A DNA stretch of 36,552 nt from the NCBI GenBank assembly GCA_016210245.1, contig JACQUR010000066.1, positions 1 through 36,552 on the forward strand, in the 5' to 3' direction. Position 1 is the stretch's first letter. Each line of letters starts with the position of its first letter. A model generated the notes under the pieces. The model saw nothing but the letters and a program-made list of their open reading frames with translations, was not told the origin of the DNA and did not search any database. The stretch comes from Chloroflexota bacterium (GTDB taxonomy: Bacteria > Chloroflexota > UBA6077 > JACQUR01). A program made the position numbers and the translations under genes. This document shows, one piece after another, positions 33,444 to 36,552 of this stretch.

Positions 33444-33519
33444 GGGTAGCCCCGGGGCGACTCGAACGCCCGACAAACGGTTTAGGAAACCGCTGCTCTA
33501 TCCTCTGAGCTACGGGGCC
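33444..33519 (-). tRNA. tRNA-Arg (anticodon CCU). The 3' terminus encodes CCC rather than CCA.
   Basis: Hand-folded cloverleaf: acceptor GGCCCCG/CGGGGCT (G1-U72), D arm GCTC-AGAGGATA-GAGC, anticodon arm GCGGT-TTCCTAA-ACCGT, variable TTGTC, T arm GGGCG-TTCGAGT-CGCCC, discriminator A. Confidence 0.9.
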
Positions 33520-33574
33520 GGGGCGGGCGCGCGGCGGGGTGCCTTGCCCGCCTACGCTGGCGCTCGCGCACCAC

Positions 33575-33583
33575 ATTATACCA
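33575..33583 (-). promoter_or_regulatory. Extended -10 element TGGTATAAT upstream of tRNA-Arg
   Basis: The plus strand attatacca at 33575-33583 reads TGGTATAAT on the minus strand, about 55 nt upstream of the tRNA 5' end. Confidence 0.5.
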
Positions 33584-33626
33584 GAGAGCCGGATGCTGGG
33601 AGCGCGTCGGCGGGCGCGTGGGGCTG

Positions 33627-35102
33627 CTAGCCCCCTCCCTGGACCAGGAAGATCTGCACCCCCTGCACCTGGCGGTGCTGGAGCACCGCTCGGTTCGCCA
33701 GGTAGCGGCGGGCCTCGGCCTCGGCCGAGGTCGCTTCCGCCGGGTCGAGCAGGCCGTAGTCGCGCACGTACCAGAAGCGAGGGCGGCCGCGCACCGCGTC
33801 GCCCAGAGCCGCAGCGTCACCCTCGGGCAGCAGCACCTCCTCCAGTTGCCCACGGTTGTAGTAGGCGAAGGGCGTCTCGCTGAACGGGCGGGTGTGGACC
33901 ACCAGGTCGCCGGGCGCCGCTCGCGCGCGAACCACCTCGGCCGCGGCGCGCAGGTCGGAGCGCCCGTAGTAGGGGTCGCCATACAGGGCGGGTAGGTTCG
34001 CGGCCACGGAGGCGACGACCAGCCCGACCAGTGGCCAGCGCAGGATGCCCATCGGCACCCGGTCCAGGCCCCGCGCGGCGACCACCCAGAAGGCGGGGAC
34101 GGCAAAGCAGAGGTAGCGAATGAGGTACAGCGGGGCCAGCCACCAGGAGACGAGCAGGGCGGCAGCCACGGGGCCCGCGACCGCCAGCGCTGGCAGGAGC
34201 ACGCTCGGGCTCCACGGCGCCGAGGCCAGCGCCAGGGCCAGCAGGCCCAGGATGAGCCAGCGGGCGACGCGCAGCAGCGGGTCGGTGCCCAGGCCGTGGT
34301 CGGGCGGGGAGTAGGAGATGAAAGCACGATAGGTGTCCCACAGCACGCCCGGGTACGGCGGCTCGATCCAGTAGCTCCCCTTCAAGGTGGTGAACTGGAC
34401 CAGGAAGGCGGGCAGCCAGGGGAGGAAGAGCAAGCCTGCCAGGCCCAGGGCAGCCCAGGGGGACCATTGCCAGCGGCGCCGGAGCGCCAGCGCCAGGCCC
34501 AGGTACAGCGCCTCGGCCAGGACCAGGAACACGGCGTAGTAGTGGGTGTACAGGGCCAGGGCGGTGGCCAGCGCGTAGCCGGCCCAGCGCCAGCCGCCGC
34601 GGGCCAGCGCCTGGACGAGCAGCAGCAGGGAGGTCGTCGCCAGCAGCGACAGGAGGGCGTAGGCCCGCGCCTCCTGGCTCAGGTCGACCTGGAACGGCGC
34701 CAGGGCGGTGAAGAGGCCCGCCAGCAAGCCGGCCCGCCACCCGAACAGGGTGCGTCCCAGCAGGGCGGCCACGGCCACGGTGGCCGTGCCAAACACCACC
34801 GAGGGCAGTCGCAGCCAGCCATCACCCTGGCCAAGGAGGAGCCAGTAGTGCAGCAGCAGGTAGTAGAGGGGCGGGTTGGCCTCGCCGGTGGTGGCGGCGA
34901 GCAGCGCCGGCAGGTCCAGGGCCGCCAGGCCAGCACTCACCGCCTCGTCGAACCAGACGCTCTTGCGCTCCAGGCCCGCCAGGCGCAGCGCGAGTCCAAG
35001 GCCGGTGAGCAGCAGGAGGTCGAGCAGGTAGCGCCACTCGGACCTGCGAACTGGCAGCAGCTTCGGGCGAGGGCGGGCTACCTGCGGCGGCGCTGCCGCC
35101 AC
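33627..35102 (-). CDS. GT39/ArnT-like (PMT_2) membrane glycosyltransferase
   Basis: SVWFDEAVSAGLA...ANPPLYYLLLHYW...LRLPSVVFG and about 10 hydrophobic spans, then a soluble C-terminal domain. GTG start at 35102. Confidence 0.8.
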   Translation of the reverse strand: MAAAPPQVARPRPKLLPVRRSEWRYLLDLLLLTGLGLALRLAGLERKSVWFDEAVSAGLAALDLPALLAATTGEANPPLYYLLLHYWLLLGQGDGWLRLPSVVFGTATVAVAALLGRTLFGWRAGLLAGLFTALAPFQVDLSQEARAYALLSLLATTSLLLLVQALARGGWRWAGYALATALALYTHYYAVFLVLAEALYLGLALALRRRWQWSPWAALGLAGLLFLPWLPAFLVQFTTLKGSYWIEPPYPGVLWDTYRAFISYSPPDHGLGTDPLLRVARWLILGLLALALASAPWSPSVLLPALAVAGPVAAALLVSWWLAPLYLIRYLCFAVPAFWVVAARGLDRVPMGILRWPLVGLVVASVAANLPALYGDPYYGRSDLRAAAEVVRARAAPGDLVVHTRPFSETPFAYYNRGQLEEVLLPEGDAAALGDAVRGRPRFWYVRDYGLLDPAEATSAEAEARRYLANRAVLQHRQVQGVQIFLVQGGG

Positions 35103-35282
35103 TGCACGTAACCGGCGCGTAACTCACGGCCGAGCAGGAAGGCCACCACCCAGCCCGCCACGAACAAGGCCATCTGAGCAGGCTCCACCAGCGTCCCCAA
35201 CAGCAGCGTGCCACCCACGCGGGATGGCCAGGTGCGCATTATGGGACGCCAGAACCGGCGGCGTCAAGGCGCGGCCGAGCTT

Positions 35283-35338
35283 GAGTGCTGAGTGCTGAGT
35301 GCTGAGTGCTGAGTGCTGAGTGCTGAGTGCTGAGTGCT
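35283..35338. repeat. Heptamer tandem repeat GAGTGCT x8. Same unit as the arrays upstream of gyrB.
   Basis: Eight exact copies read directly. The array ends 10 nt before the stop of the four-helix-bundle gene. Confidence 0.95.
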
Positions 35339-35348
35339 GAGAGAAGAG

Positions 35349-35738
35349 TTATTTGTTTGGTTTGACGTTTTTTCTTTGTTTTTCAACAGAAACTCGAAGA
35401 CCACCTATAACTCTGGAAACCTCTTCTGATTGAAGGCGTAGTTGGTCGAATCGAGATTGATCCAGATAGCCCACATCGAACGCAACATAGAGGTGTGAAC
35501 GAACCTCAGCACAAGAAGATTTTGCTGTGGAAAGAAATTGATGAAATTCTCCCAATCCACTTCTCTCGAAGCCCTCGGCAACATTTGACATGATAGAAAC
35601 GGCCGCTCGTTGAATTTGCCCGGATAGTCCAAAGTCTTTAACGAATTTGCCCTGTCGAGAGACTTCGTAGACCGCACGAGTTAATGCTCTGGCTTTCTGC
35701 CAAGCGATCAGCTCTTCAAACCTCTCTACTTTGCTCAT
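35349..35738 (-). CDS. Four-helix-bundle protein (23S rRNA intervening-sequence protein / Avd-like family)
   Basis: [20 protein letters not shown]...[20 protein letters not shown]...[23 protein letters not shown] matches the family pattern. Two 60-nt lines counted by hand are 45% G+C, against about 70% in the flanks. Confidence 0.85.
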   Translation of the reverse strand: MSKVERFEELIAWQKARALTRAVYEVSRQGKFVKDFGLSGQIQRAAVSIMSNVAEGFERSGLGEFHQFLSTAKSSCAEVRSHLYVAFDVGYLDQSRFDQLRLQSEEVSRVIGGLRVSVEKQRKNVKPNK

Positions 35739-35768
35739 CGTTCATCCTCTTAACTCTTGATGTTTTTA

Positions 35769-35803
35769 CTCAGGACTCAGGACTCAGGACTCAGGACTCA
35801 GGA
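35769..35803. repeat. Heptamer tandem repeat CTCAGGA x5
   Basis: Five exact copies. The DUF423 stop codon (35798-35800) lies inside the last copies. Confidence 0.95.
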
Positions 35804-36166
35804 CTGATAGACCCCCCACGCCAGGCAGGCCCACCCGGCCAAAAAGGCCAGGCCGCCGAAGGGGGTGACGGCCCCCAGCCAGCGGACGCCGGTGAGGCTC
35901 AGGGCGTAGAGGCTGCCGGAGAAGAGGATGGTTCCGGCGAGGAACAGGTAGCCGGAGGCCGAGACCGCCGGGCCGGGCCAGCGGGTGACGGCCCAGGCCA
36001 CGGCGAGCAGGGCGAGGGCGTGGTACATGTGGTAGCGCGCGCCCACCTCGAAGACGTTGAACAGGTCGGGCTCCAGGCGGGTCTTGAGGGCGTGCGCGCC
36101 GAAGGCGCCGGCGGCTACGGCAAGGAAGGCAGACACAGCGCCGAGGGAGAAGAAGAGGCGATCCAT
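35798..36166 (-). CDS. DUF423 (YgdD/TMEM256-like) membrane protein
   Basis: FGAHALK...ARYHMYHALALL...GTILFSGSLY pattern. ATG at 36166 follows AAGGGG. Confidence 0.8.
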   Translation of the reverse strand: MDRLFFSLGAVSAFLAVAAGAFGAHALKTRLEPDLFNVFEVGARYHMYHALALLAVAWAVTRWPGPAVSASGYLFLAGTILFSGSLYALSLTGVRWLGAVTPFGGLAFLAGWACLAWGVYQS

Positions 36167-36174
36167 AATCCCCT

Positions 36175-36552
36175 TTAGATACAACCCAGCGCCTGCAACT
36201 GGAGTTCACATTGCGCCGGGCTTTCAAACTTGATCGTCTGGATGCCGAACCGGGCTGCGGCTTCGAGGTTGACCTCCACGTCGTCTACGAAGAGGGTTTC
36301 AGGTCCCTTCAGCTTGTGTTTCTCCAGGAGGTGAGCGTAGATGCCCGGCTCCGGCTTAATCAGGTGGATGCGGCAGGAGATGACCTTCCCCTCGAAGAGG
36401 TCCCAGAAGGCGTATGTCTTTTCGAGATGCTCGATCGAGGCGACGTGCATGTTGGACAGGCAGAACAGCCGGTGGCCCTTCGCCTTCAGGCGATACAGCA
36501 GGGCGACGGTGTCCGGGATCGGGACCAGGGCGGCGGGCACTCGATGCAGGAA
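36175..36552 (-). CDS. HAD-superfamily hydrolase (subfamily IA-like), 5' end outside the window
   Basis: LSNMHV..., IKPEPGIY and LFVDDVEVNLEAAARFG (motifs II-IV). The frame is open to the window edge and the DxD motif is not present. Confidence 0.75.
   Translation of the reverse strand, partial: FLHRVPAALVPIPDTVALLYRLKAKGHRLFCLSNMHVASIEHLEKTYAFWDLFEGKVISCRIHLIKPEPGIYAHLLEKHKLKGPETLFVDDVEVNLEAAARFGIQTIKFESPAQCELQLQALGCI

Larger units (their letters stand above)
25624..33488. mobile_element. Integrative element (~7.9 kb) inserted in tRNA-Arg(CCU), with a satellite/PICI-like minimal gene set
   Basis: It is bounded by an exact 44-bp direct repeat (25624-25667 and 33445-33488). A tyrosine integrase lies next to the tRNA. 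It also carries an Xis-like HTH, an AAA_25 ATPase, and arm-type repeats at both ends. Confidence 0.85.

Noticed and set aside
35078-35239. 53-aa minus-strand ORF (MRTWPSRVGG...ALFVAGWVVAFLLGREL...) with one hydrophobic span, overlapping the GT39 start.
   Set aside because: It is too short, has no RBS and no recognisable family, and overlaps the better-supported gene. Support is insufficient.

Overview
High-GC bacterial chromosomal window. 60-nt lines I counted by hand run about 65-78% G+C. Gene content and repeat style suggest a Chloroflexota-like organism, but that is inference only. Ordinary content, left to right: an SDR epimerase, a lone form-II CoxL-like molybdoenzyme subunit, a small operon (91-aa protein, cNMP-binding protein, small unknown, REC-like + CpaE/MinD-type ATPase), a DUF433/DUF5615 toxin-antitoxin pair, an SRPBCC protein, an HD-GYP/LuxR regulator, an SRPBCC-like + ECF sigma operon, a secreted Ig-like repeat protein, a GH5-like hydrolase, a GH57 + GT4 pair, a helical-repeat lipoprotein, a membrane protein, gyrB interrupted by a 482-aa HNH intein, tRNA-Arg(CCU), a GT39/ArnT-like transferase, an AT-rich four-helix-bundle (23S IVS/Avd-like) gene, DUF423, and a partial HAD hydrolase. 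Three things stand out. (1) A 7.9-kb integrative element (25624-33488) sits in tRNA-Arg(CCU). It has 44-bp att direct repeats, arm-type repeats, an integrase, an Xis-like HTH, an AAA_25/RepA-like ATPase and small regulators, which is a satellite/PICI-like minimal layout. (2) Inside that element, 180 bp from attL and with no cas genes in the window, lies a perfectly regular CRISPR-format array (4 identical 28-bp repeats, 3 spacers of exactly 33 bp). All of its 'spacers' are hairpin palindromes: two share a 17-nt core, and the third has a near-copy elsewhere in the island. This does not fit a canonical CRISPR array and is my top candidate for something undescribed (repeat-mimic RNA, mini-array for inter-element conflict, or iteron/centromere). 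(3) Heptanucleotide tandem repeats with at least nine different unit sequences occupy nine short gene junctions. They are often arranged as inverted arrays that form 30-50-bp hairpins. They resemble cyanobacterial STRRs and sometimes overlap stop codons, an RBS or a 5' coding end. All coordinates and motifs were read by eye and no database searches were run.
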